A DNA stretch of 24,384 nt from Planctomycetota bacterium (GTDB taxonomy: Bacteria > Planctomycetota > GCA-002687715 > DRQF01): assembly GCA_027001995.1 (NCBI GenBank), contig JALTLO010000032.1:987-25370 (forward strand), in the 5' to 3' direction. Numbering within the stretch: the stretch's first letter is position 1; each line of letters opens with the position of its first letter. Positions 8,136-16,581 of the stretch are shown piece after piece. The notes under the pieces were generated by a model that was not told the origin of the DNA, ran no database searches, and saw only the letters and a list, made by a program, of their open reading frames with translations. The position numbers and the translations under genes were made by a program.

Positions 8136-8834
8136 TTAGGCGCCGAGACCGAAGTCGGCAATTTGTTTGAGGACATCGTCGTAATCGTTGACGACAAAAT
8201 GGGGTGTCACGCTTTCATGAATGACAGCGGCGGAAAAACTTGTTGTTAAAGCGGCACATCGCATACCCGCTGCCAACCCAGCTTCAATGCCAGCAGGAGC
8301 ATCTTCAAAAACGAGGCATGCTTCGGGAGTGCAACGAAGCTGCTTGCTGGCTTCTAAGAAAACATCCGGGAAGGGCTTTCCCCGCGGAACTTGATCGCCC
8401 CGAACAATGACGTTGAACGTTTCTTCCATGCCGAGCGCTTTCAAACTGAAGACGACATTGGCCTCGGGGGCGGAAGTGGCTACGGCAAAAGGAACCGACT
8501 TGCTTCGCAGGTGATCAAGGAAATCAAGCAAGCCCGGTACTGGTTTGAGCTTGTCAATAGCCAATTCTCGGTAAAGGCTTTCCTTCTCTAAGGTATAGCT
8601 CTTGATTGTCGCTGGATCGAGAGGGTCCTCGAAGAGGATGGGGAAGATGTCACGGTTACGTTTGCCGTCAATCTTGCGACGCATTTGGTCGGTGAGGTCG
8701 GGCAACCCGTACTTCTTGGTGAAGTGGGCGAAAGCCTCGGCATGGAGTTCCATGTTGTCAACCAAAGTGCCGTCTAAGTCAAAGATGACCGCTTGAGTCT
8801 TGAGGCCAGAGGCGTTGTGTGATGGGGGGGGCAT
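8136..8834 (-). CDS. HAD-superfamily hydrolase (beta-phosphoglucomutase/CbbY-like)
   Basis: Motif I IFDLDGTLVD, motif II VATSA, motifs III/IV GKPFPD and VFEDAPAGIEA. The ATG directly abuts the upstream stop (TAAATG). Confidence 0.93.
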   Translation of the reverse strand: MPPPSHNASGLKTQAVIFDLDGTLVDNMELHAEAFAHFTKKYGLPDLTDQMRRKIDGKRNRDIFPILFEDPLDPATIKSYTLEKESLYRELAIDKLKPVPGLLDFLDHLRSKSVPFAVATSAPEANVVFSLKALGMEETFNVIVRGDQVPRGKPFPDVFLEASKQLRCTPEACLVFEDAPAGIEAGLAAGMRCAALTTSFSAAVIHESVTPHFVVNDYDDVLKQIADFGLGA

Positions 8835-9707
8835 TTAACCTTCTTCCAAAGCTGACCGGCGGGTTCGGACCAATTGTCGCAGGCCATCACATCGGGCCAT
8901 GAGATTGTCGTATTCCTCGGAAGCCGTGTCGTTTTCGGCTTTGGTGACCAAGGCCATAAGCTCTTCCAAGGTGGTCTGTAAATGTTCGATGGCCTCATGG
9001 GCTCGTTCCCGTCGAATCTTTTTTTGCTCGATACTTGCAGGGTTGTGATTTTCGCTACCCGGTGAGAGCAATTCAGACACGCTGATGTGAATGGTTGAGC
9101 CAACAATGACAGAAATGGGAGCGCCGGGAATGCGCCCCAACCCGATATCTAATGCGTTGGCAAGGGCATCAGGAGCAACGGAAACGAGTCTGCCCACAGT
9201 GCCTGAGAAGAAAGCGGCTGAATGTGTGATGCCACTTTCGGCCAACCTTCTTGCTCGAATTCGGATCTCACTGCTATCAAGATCGCTGGGATGATCGCGG
9301 TTCAGGATGTCAGCGGCTTCCTCGACCAAGTCGAGCATACACTGGATCTGATCTTGGCTGATCCTCAGAGCTAAGCCAGCGACCTCAAGGGCTCGTTCTT
9401 CGGCGGTGGTTAAGATGCCATCTGCTAAGGCGATATCCACTAAGCTCATCATGGTGCCGTGGCGGAGTTCGTCTTGGGAGTTGGCGATGACCTTGAGGCA
9501 AGATGAGGAGTCCGGCGGATTCACGCGATAGCCTCGAATCTTTTCTTTTGAATCTTCGGAAAGACCAGTGATGTCGAGGACAGAGTGAATGACGGCCATT
9601 TCTTCCGGATCGAATGTGCCGTCGGCGGCGGCGATGGCAAAGAGGAGGCCGTAGAAGGCCACGCGCTCTTGGTCAGGAATTGCACTGAAGTCGATAGTGT
9701 TGAACAT
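8835..9707 (-). CDS. TerB-like domain protein with C-terminal helical/coiled-coil region
   Basis: Paired TerB motifs IAAADGTFDPEE and IALADGILTTAEE. ATG 9707 has a GGAG SD; the longer ORF call to 9860 overlaps the divergent MFS gene. Confidence 0.85.
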   Translation of the reverse strand: MFNTIDFSAIPDQERVAFYGLLFAIAAADGTFDPEEMAVIHSVLDITGLSEDSKEKIRGYRVNPPDSSSCLKVIANSQDELRHGTMMSLVDIALADGILTTAEERALEVAGLALRISQDQIQCMLDLVEEAADILNRDHPSDLDSSEIRIRARRLAESGITHSAAFFSGTVGRLVSVAPDALANALDIGLGRIPGAPISVIVGSTIHISVSELLSPGSENHNPASIEQKKIRRERAHEAIEHLQTTLEELMALVTKAENDTASEEYDNLMARCDGLRQLVRTRRSALEEG

Positions 9708-9850
9708 GCCGATCTCCGTTGGACTGCTAAGGAGTATAGCCCAATGTCCATAGCTTTCGAGGGGCAAATGGAGGGATAGCTTCAGGATTCTCACCGAATT
9801 CGCGAATCTGTCACATGTAAACCAAGCATGGACTTTGACAGAATGGCTCC

Positions 9851-11029
9851 ATGAACCCATTGGCTCGAAATCCGCGCTTAGTTTGCGCCTTCCACGCCCT
9901 TCAAATGAGCCTTTTCCCCATGGCCATCATCTCGGTGTTTTACACCCGAGAAATCGGCATGAGCATGCAGGAGATCATGTGGCTCCAAGGCTCGTTTGGG
10001 TTGGCCATGGTGGTTTTCGAGTTCCCCTCCGGATATTTGGCCGACAGAATTGGTTACCGCCGTTCACTTTTGATTGCCTGCAGCACTCAGATCTTAGGAT
10101 GGGGGCTCTATTTTTTCGCCACGACCTTTTTTCAGATCATTGTGGCGGAGTTGGTCTTGGGGGCGGGTCTTTCTTTGGTCTCGGGCACCGATGCTGCATT
10201 GCTCTACGAGTCCTTGAAGGAAACCGACCAAGAAGAGCTCTATACCAAGTGGTCGGGTCGCATGAAGTTCTGGGGGCAAACTGGAGAAGGGAGTGCTGCC
10301 ATCGCCGCGGGTTTGCTTTACGCCTACTTCGATCGTTCGCCTTTCTTGGTAGAAATGGGGGTTTGGGTGGTGGCCGCCTTTGTGGGGTGGAGAATAGTGG
10401 AGCCGTCCCGCCATCGGCCGTGTACTGAGGGAAACTGGGTTCAGATGAAAGCGATGTTTCATCATGTGCTGCGGGAGAACGTGAAACTGAGAGCCACGTT
10501 CTTCACCATCATTGCTTTGGGCATGGCTTCCTTCATTCCCGTGTGGACCATTCAAGTTTATGCTTTGGATAGTGGCGTGAAGGAATCTTGGTTAGGACCG
10601 CTTTGGGCTTGCGCTAACTACTTTGTTGCTATTGGCGCTTTGTTGAGCAATCGCTTGGCTCAGATCTGGGGAAAGAAGCGCCTGCTATTGGTGTGCACTT
10701 GTTTGATTGTGGCAGGCTACGCTGGCTTAGGGCTTAGTCATGCTGTTTTTGGCTTTGTCTTTTACTATTTTCTGACGATCACCCGGGGGCTCTATAGTCC
10801 GGTCATGCAACATGAGGAGCAGCGCTTGATTCCCTCAGCGGATCGAGCTGGTTTTTTGTCTTTGCGGAGTCTTTTCTTTCGGGGCATTTTCTTGATGATA
10901 GCCCCTTTCATTGGACTTCTCATCGACCGGGAAGGTCAACATACGGTCATGCTGGGCTTGGCTTGCACCTTCGCTGTGTTGATTGCGTTCGGCGTCTACA
11001 AACTTGTCAAATATGAGATTGTTCGTTGA
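9851..11029 (+). CDS. MFS transporter
   Basis: 392 aa with about 12 hydrophobic segments; MFS motif A EFPSGYLADRIGYRRS; SGTDAALLYESL. Confidence 0.92.
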   Translation: MNPLARNPRLVCAFHALQMSLFPMAIISVFYTREIGMSMQEIMWLQGSFGLAMVVFEFPSGYLADRIGYRRSLLIACSTQILGWGLYFFATTFFQIIVAELVLGAGLSLVSGTDAALLYESLKETDQEELYTKWSGRMKFWGQTGEGSAAIAAGLLYAYFDRSPFLVEMGVWVVAAFVGWRIVEPSRHRPCTEGNWVQMKAMFHHVLRENVKLRATFFTIIALGMASFIPVWTIQVYALDSGVKESWLGPLWACANYFVAIGALLSNRLAQIWGKKRLLLVCTCLIVAGYAGLGLSHAVFGFVFYYFLTITRGLYSPVMQHEEQRLIPSADRAGFLSLRSLFFRGIFLMIAPFIGLLIDREGQHTVMLGLACTFAVLIAFGVYKLVKYEIVR

Positions 11030-11044
11030 ACTTTTGAGATGATC

Positions 11045-12049
11045 TCAAACGATCGGGCCGCTATTCCAAGTCTTGAGCCAGGGTTTTTTTTCTTCGGGCA
11101 GGTGGGGTGCGCTGCCAACGGAAGGCCAAGAGGTGGCCCAATTGCGAATGACCCAGGATTCTTTCGTCTTTCGCAATGAGAAACTCCAGACGCATTCTTC
11201 GTTGATGGCTGTGATGCCGTCTTCTGCACGGGAATGGATGACTCCTCGGATGCGGACGGTTGCCAAGGGGCCATCTTGTCCCCAGCCATCTAAAGCACGG
11301 GCATATCCCCAATCGTAGAGGCTGTGAAAGTGCTCCGCGAAGTGGGCAGCTTGTTCGGCGTGTGACAGATCGAAACTGGGGACCAAGTCGGCGAGCTGGT
11401 TGAAGTCGTCGTTGAGGCCGGCCTCAAAGAATCGACGCAAGACTTCTAAAATGCCTTGGGGTAGATCCTGTTGATCCAACTCAAACGGGGGTTCAGAGGG
11501 GGCTGTGTAGGGCGCTGCAGGACCACTACTCTCATGGTGGTCTTCCACTTCTCCCGCCACATGTGTGATGTCAACTTCGCCAGCTTCATTTGCAATCATA
11601 AGGCGGGTGCAGCCAATGAGGAGGTGGAGGTCCAAAGGCTGGGGCGAGAGCCGCCAGCTCTCGACGCGAAGGTCCAAGAGGAGCGCGGCTTTCTTGAGGG
11701 TGTCCAAATCGCCATCCAAGAATGTTGCCTTCGATGCGCAGAGCACATCATCAGCGTATTCCGGAGAGACCTCTGTGATCTTTGCGGCGATCTCGTCGTC
11801 GGGGTTGAATTCTGTCACTGCTGACAATTGAAATTCGTCTTCCAAAACTAAGTCTTTGGGCAAGACATCAGGGTCGAGACTCTCCTGAGCTAAGGCGAAC
11901 GCTGATAGGCCGCTGCATTCAAGAAGGATGATCCCACCTGGGCCCGCCAAAGTAATAACCAAGGTGTCTTGGTCTTCTCTTTCGACTTCTGCCAACCAAA
12001 GGTCTTCTTGGGCGGCGGCTAGTTTTGTCTTGCTGTAGTGTTGCTGCAA
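11045..12049 (-). CDS. Hypothetical acidic two-domain protein
   Basis: 334-aa ORF with TTG start and purine-rich SD. A Pro-rich linker separates an acidic N-domain from a Trp-rich C-domain. Confidence 0.75.
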   Translation of the reverse strand: MQQHYSKTKLAAAQEDLWLAEVEREDQDTLVITLAGPGGIILLECSGLSAFALAQESLDPDVLPKDLVLEDEFQLSAVTEFNPDDEIAAKITEVSPEYADDVLCASKATFLDGDLDTLKKAALLLDLRVESWRLSPQPLDLHLLIGCTRLMIANEAGEVDITHVAGEVEDHHESSGPAAPYTAPSEPPFELDQQDLPQGILEVLRRFFEAGLNDDFNQLADLVPSFDLSHAEQAAHFAEHFHSLYDWGYARALDGWGQDGPLATVRIRGVIHSRAEDGITAINEECVWSFSLRKTKESWVIRNWATSWPSVGSAPHLPEEKKPWLKTWNSGPIV

Positions 12050-12145
12050 TGGTCTTCCCCAAACTCAAGTAGGGACAACTTGCCAAACTGAGCGTCTTCA
12101 AGGAAGTGGAGGGCCGCTTTTCTGCGATTTTGGGCAGCCTTGCGG

Positions 12146-14143
12146 CTAACGATTCGGGATGGAGGGGAGCTCTACTTTCATGTTGTTGGTACCAGGGGTG
12201 AACTCGAATCGCGTTTCTCTGGCTTCTGCTCCTTCACCTTGAGACACGATCATCTCCCAAATTCCCCCATGGAGATAACCTCCCAAGGTGAAGTAACCTT
12301 GTTTGTTGCTGGTGAAGGAAGCTACTTGTTCTTGAATTGGACCAGCCTGGGTCAGGGCATGAACCCGGGAGTCGCCTTCTTGGCGTTTGACATCGTAGGG
12401 GAAGGGATTGCGCATCACCAAAATCTTGGCACCGGGAACTGGGCGGTTTTTCTCGTCTAGAATACGGCCCCGGCAAATGAGACCTCGACGACTGAGATCG
12501 AAAGTGCCCACGTCGCTTTCCAATCCCGGTTCTGGCGAAGAGATTAACTTCGAAGCATAGGGAGGCTCTAGTAGAGGGTTACTCTTGAGGCCGGTTAGTC
12601 GGATTTCGATCTTCTGATAACGGGAGAATTCAACCGGGGTTCGAACCCAGAATCGACCATCCTTGTCGGTTGTGACCCGTTCATGTTTGCTGGCATTGCC
12701 ACTCACAGCTACTCCTGGAACGGCGATTTCTACGTCCATCTTCTTGTTCTTGTAGGGGCGATCATCTTTGTCACGGACTAAGGCCGTGATGATGGGGCGT
12801 TCTGGGCCCAAAGGTACGTTCATGGTGAGGCGCTGTTTGGCACGGGTAGGCCCGTAGACAACCATCTCCACCGGGTCATGGCTCTTGTTCATGGGCATGA
12901 CAGTGATGTCGAAATCAGAAAATAGACCAACATGAGGCAAGATGACCACACCTTTTCTGGCCACGAATGGGACAGAGCCCGCAGAGATGGATTTGAGTTT
13001 TGGATCGAAGTCAATTCGATCGTTGGGTTTATTGGGGTCTCGTTCTAACTGGTGAGAGTAAGAACCGATCCAAACGACGCAGGGGTCTTGGTAAAGAGAA
13101 CCATCGTCGTGCCGAAGAACGAGTTTTACCGAACCTGTCGCTGGCAATTCCAAAGGGCGACAATAGGGCCCATCGGAGGCCATGTTGACGGGGACCACTT
13201 GCTCTAAGAGGGCTTGGGTGACTCCACTGGCATCGTTCAGTGTATCTTCGTTTCTTGCGGCACTGAGCTCATCGAACAAACTCTGGGGCATCAAAGGCGG
13301 GAAATAGAAGCTGGCGAAAACACGGCCTTTCTTGAGTTGTGACGCCAGAGGTCCATTCCACCCATCGTCGCCGGCATATTTGGAGCTCTTAGCGCTTAAG
13401 CTTCGGCGGGCGAAAGCGATTCCTTTGGGACCGTAGGTGGTTCCGGTCCAGATTAAGATTCGTTTCGGCGCTAAACCTTTGGACTCGTCATGGGCTTTCT
13501 TGTTGTCGCGCCATAGTGCTACGGGCACGCCCCGAACTCCCTTGCCGTCTTTGTTTATAACCTGGATTTTCACTCCCTGGTCCGGCTCTAAAACGAGCTC
13601 AATTTTGTTTGTCATCACATCGTAGAATGACTTGATATAGAGTTCGCCATACTTGCCATCGTGTTCGCATAACACTAAGGCTGAACCAATGAAATTCTGG
13701 ATCCGGACATCACCCCAATGGTCGGCCTTGAGTTTTGTGCCACGCTGAAAGATGAGATCTTCACGGCGCCATTTCCAATCAACTTCGCTGGCAGATTTCT
13801 CCGCCATGAAATAGACCCGTGCATTGCTCACGCCCGTCCGCGTTTCGCCATCGACAACACGAAATGTGGCTCCGTAGCCTCCATGAAGGTGCGATTTGCC
13901 GCTGATCTTTTTCTTGCCGATGGTGGGAAGCCCTTTGGCCTCTCGGGATTTCTGCTCTTCTCGGTCGAGCGTAGCTTGTGGAATCGTGGTTGATTCCTCG
14001 TCCACAATGCGAACTTCTTCCCCATCCTGGATGTCGATCTCGTCATCGTTAGCGAAAGAAACAAAACCAACGAGGCCGACGATGACCAGAAAGATGGCGA
14101 CCAAGGCGATGACTTCTTTGGGGCTCGAATTTGCTGCGATCAT
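12146..14143 (-). CDS. Membrane-anchored protein with carboxypeptidase-regulatory-like (transthyretin-type beta-sandwich) repeats
   Basis: N-terminal TM helix; repeated motifs FRVVDGETRTGVSNARV, IQVINKDGKGVRGVPV, ALVRDKDDRPY...TTDKDGRF and GRILDEKNRPVPGAKI; AGGAG SD. Confidence 0.8.
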   Translation of the reverse strand: MIAANSSPKEVIALVAIFLVIVGLVGFVSFANDDEIDIQDGEEVRIVDEESTTIPQATLDREEQKSREAKGLPTIGKKKISGKSHLHGGYGATFRVVDGETRTGVSNARVYFMAEKSASEVDWKWRREDLIFQRGTKLKADHWGDVRIQNFIGSALVLCEHDGKYGELYIKSFYDVMTNKIELVLEPDQGVKIQVINKDGKGVRGVPVALWRDNKKAHDESKGLAPKRILIWTGTTYGPKGIAFARRSLSAKSSKYAGDDGWNGPLASQLKKGRVFASFYFPPLMPQSLFDELSAARNEDTLNDASGVTQALLEQVVPVNMASDGPYCRPLELPATGSVKLVLRHDDGSLYQDPCVVWIGSYSHQLERDPNKPNDRIDFDPKLKSISAGSVPFVARKGVVILPHVGLFSDFDITVMPMNKSHDPVEMVVYGPTRAKQRLTMNVPLGPERPIITALVRDKDDRPYKNKKMDVEIAVPGVAVSGNASKHERVTTDKDGRFWVRTPVEFSRYQKIEIRLTGLKSNPLLEPPYASKLISSPEPGLESDVGTFDLSRRGLICRGRILDEKNRPVPGAKILVMRNPFPYDVKRQEGDSRVHALTQAGPIQEQVASFTSNKQGYFTLGGYLHGGIWEMIVSQGEGAEARETRFEFTPGTNNMKVELPSIPNR

Positions 14144-14238
14144 AGAATCTCTTCTCCTGACTCTTTATCGGCAAGCCGCCTGGACAACTTGGGTATTGAT
14201 TGCAAGAAATCCCAGCCTCTGCGACTCTGTTCTTAATG

Positions 14239-14247
14239 TGTTAAAAT
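14239..14247 (+). promoter_or_regulatory. Possible extended -10 sigma70 promoter element
   Basis: TG-T-TAAAAT in the AT-rich divergent intergenic region; no good -35. Confidence 0.3.
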
Positions 14248-14341
14248 GAAAGGACTTGTGATTGTTTCAATGGAAGATCAAGCAAAGGGGAATTGAGGAA
14301 AGCGGCTGTTTGCTCTAAGTTGATCGAGGAGGGAAAGAGAT

Positions 14342-15334
14342 ATGCCTAATCAGGGCGACGGTGAATATCGGTTATCCGGGAACTTGGGCCTGAGCATGAT
14401 AGGAGTGCCGGTGGTTGCGGCGGCGATCATCTCCGTGCTCGCAGTGATCTACGCCTACATCACGGTTTACAGCCCTATTGCCGGTTGGATTTCGATTCTC
14501 TTTGTTGCTGCGTTTGCCTTTGGGGTTGGCGCTTCCCTCTCGTTTGCTGCCCATTTGTCCAAATGTCGCAACATGAGCTACGCTAAGATGATGGGGGCCA
14601 TCGCTGCGGTCTTCGCCATTTATACATCTTGGGTCGCATTCGAATACGTCTTGCTTTCTCGTTATTCCACTGACTTCGATAGTTCGCTCGTCGATATTTT
14701 CATGCACCCCCAGGTGGTTTGGGAGATTGCTCAAGCTATTGCAGTTGATGGCTGGTATGGCATCGGCAGCATGCAAATCGCGGGCATGGTTCTATGGGTG
14801 TTTTGGGCTTTGGAAGCAGCCATTGTGTTCACTGTCACTTGGCTCTTGGCACCATCAAGTTTGGAGTCGAGTGTTTTTTGTGAAAATTGCGGGGAATGGG
14901 CTGATGAATACGAAGGGTGCACACGTTTTGAGTTGTCTGATGATACCGATGACATCAGCCGGTATCATCCGCAGAACCTGACTCTTCCTTTGGATATTCC
15001 GCCTTTCGCCATGCTTGAGAAGAGTGGGATACGCATCGATACATGGTCTTGTGCAAAATGTTCTGACTTGGCGGCTGCGCAAACCCATGTGGTGCAGTAC
15101 AGCATTGATAAAGATGGCGACTTGACTGAAGTGGATGAACCTTTGTCACCCATTTGGCTGGTTCCTTTTGGAGTGGTTGAAGCTCTTCACGCTCACCGAG
15201 ACGTCGCTTTTGCCGCCATGGAGGCGGAAGACGAAGCAGCACAATTGGCGCAGAAGATGGCCAACCGTGGCCTTGAGAACGAAGATGTTCTCCTTGATGA
15301 TGCCGTCGATGATTTCGGCGACGACGATGACTAA
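14342..15334 (+). CDS. Membrane protein (about 4 TM helices) with a putative Zn-binding C-terminal domain and acidic tail
   Basis: Strong SD GAGGAGG; hydrophobic N-half; FCENCGEW and WSCAKCSD CxxC pairs; tail DDAVDDFGDDDD. Confidence 0.82.
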   Translation: MPNQGDGEYRLSGNLGLSMIGVPVVAAAIISVLAVIYAYITVYSPIAGWISILFVAAFAFGVGASLSFAAHLSKCRNMSYAKMMGAIAAVFAIYTSWVAFEYVLLSRYSTDFDSSLVDIFMHPQVVWEIAQAIAVDGWYGIGSMQIAGMVLWVFWALEAAIVFTVTWLLAPSSLESSVFCENCGEWADEYEGCTRFELSDDTDDISRYHPQNLTLPLDIPPFAMLEKSGIRIDTWSCAKCSDLAAAQTHVVQYSIDKDGDLTEVDEPLSPIWLVPFGVVEALHAHRDVAFAAMEAEDEAAQLAQKMANRGLENEDVLLDDAVDDFGDDDD

Positions 15335-15384
15335 CTCGACTTACTCATGAGATCGTGGCGGCGGTGAGTTCGTGAATTGTCGTG

Positions 15385-16371
15385 CTAAGTTTGGGCCATC
15401 TGCTGCAGGCGATGATGGAAGTCTTCCAATCGTTTGGTCTTGAGCCAGGTCTTGCGGTCATCTTTATGGGCAACCAAATCTCCAACCTCCCAAAACCGGA
15501 TCATCTGTTTGAGACGCGATAGGGCGTTCTTGGGGTGTGCGCCCCGCTCTAACATCATGTCGCCGTAGCGGAGGACAAAAGCAGCGGCCTCCTGAGTAGA
15601 TGCTTCGTAGCCCGAAAAGATCCAAGGGTTTGCCAGGGCTGCTCGTCCGATCATGACAAAATCGCAGCCGACTTTGTTGCACATGTCTCGGGCTTCCCCA
15701 AGAGACTCCACGGCACCGTTTCCGCACAGAGGTTTATTCAACAGCTTTCGAGCCAAGGCGATGCGGCCCCAATCAATGGCATCAGCATCATAGCCTTCTT
15801 TCTTGGTGCGACAGTGGATCGTGAGCAAGCTCGCCCCAGAATCCTCTACCGCCCGTACGATGTCTGCCAAACGTCGATCGTCTTCGACTCCGGAACGAAT
15901 CTTGGCGGTGACAGGAACTTTTCCTTCGACTCCATCCACACAAGCATCAATGATGGGCGTGATGCGTTCAGGGTAATCCAGGAGGGCAGCTCCAACACAA
16001 CCTTTTCTGGCACCTCGGGCGGGGCAGCCGAAGTTGATGTCCACCACCGGGGCTCCCATGGCTGCGGCTTGGGCGGCGCAGTCTTTGAGTAAACTGGGAT
16101 CGTTGCCCATAAATTGAATCCCCACTGGGGACGGGAAGCGCTTGGGGCCCAGATGTCTGCGAAAGAGTTCTTCCGAGGGCACCACCTGATGAATACGGAT
16201 GAACTCGGTAAACGCGCCTCCCAAGTTTTCAGGCTGGTGAGTCTCCATGAGCAAATCGCGAAAACAGGCGTCGGTGACGCCGTCCATAGGGGCCAGGAGC
16301 CAAGGGCTGGTAAAGGGCAGGGGTAGCGTCCTGTCTTCCCAAGGAATTTTGCTTTGTGAGGAATGAAACAT
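15385..16371 (-). CDS. tRNA-dihydrouridine synthase family protein (DusB/DusC-like)
   Basis: LAPMDGVTD, DINFGCP, GAALL, VTAKIRSG, LTIHCRT, GNG and VMIGRAALANPWIF. Confidence 0.93.
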   Translation of the reverse strand: MFHSSQSKIPWEDRTLPLPFTSPWLLAPMDGVTDACFRDLLMETHQPENLGGAFTEFIRIHQVVPSEELFRRHLGPKRFPSPVGIQFMGNDPSLLKDCAAQAAAMGAPVVDINFGCPARGARKGCVGAALLDYPERITPIIDACVDGVEGKVPVTAKIRSGVEDDRRLADIVRAVEDSGASLLTIHCRTKKEGYDADAIDWGRIALARKLLNKPLCGNGAVESLGEARDMCNKVGCDFVMIGRAALANPWIFSGYEASTQEAAAFVLRYGDMMLERGAHPKNALSRLKQMIRFWEVGDLVAHKDDRKTWLKTKRLEDFHHRLQQMAQT

Positions 16372-16581
16372 GTCGTCTCAGACTACCGAGAGTGTTCAGG
16401 GATTTCTCCTTCTTGGGGACAGATCCCAGAAGTTTTCTTCCAATCCCGTCTTTTGTGACATGGAATCCTCACTCCGGTATTGAGAGATCGGCAATCCTCG
16501 GAAAACCATTCAAGCACCAGTCTTAGGACGTCGATACCCGGTTCAGGAACAGAATCGCCGCCGAAATTTGAGGACGGGTAA

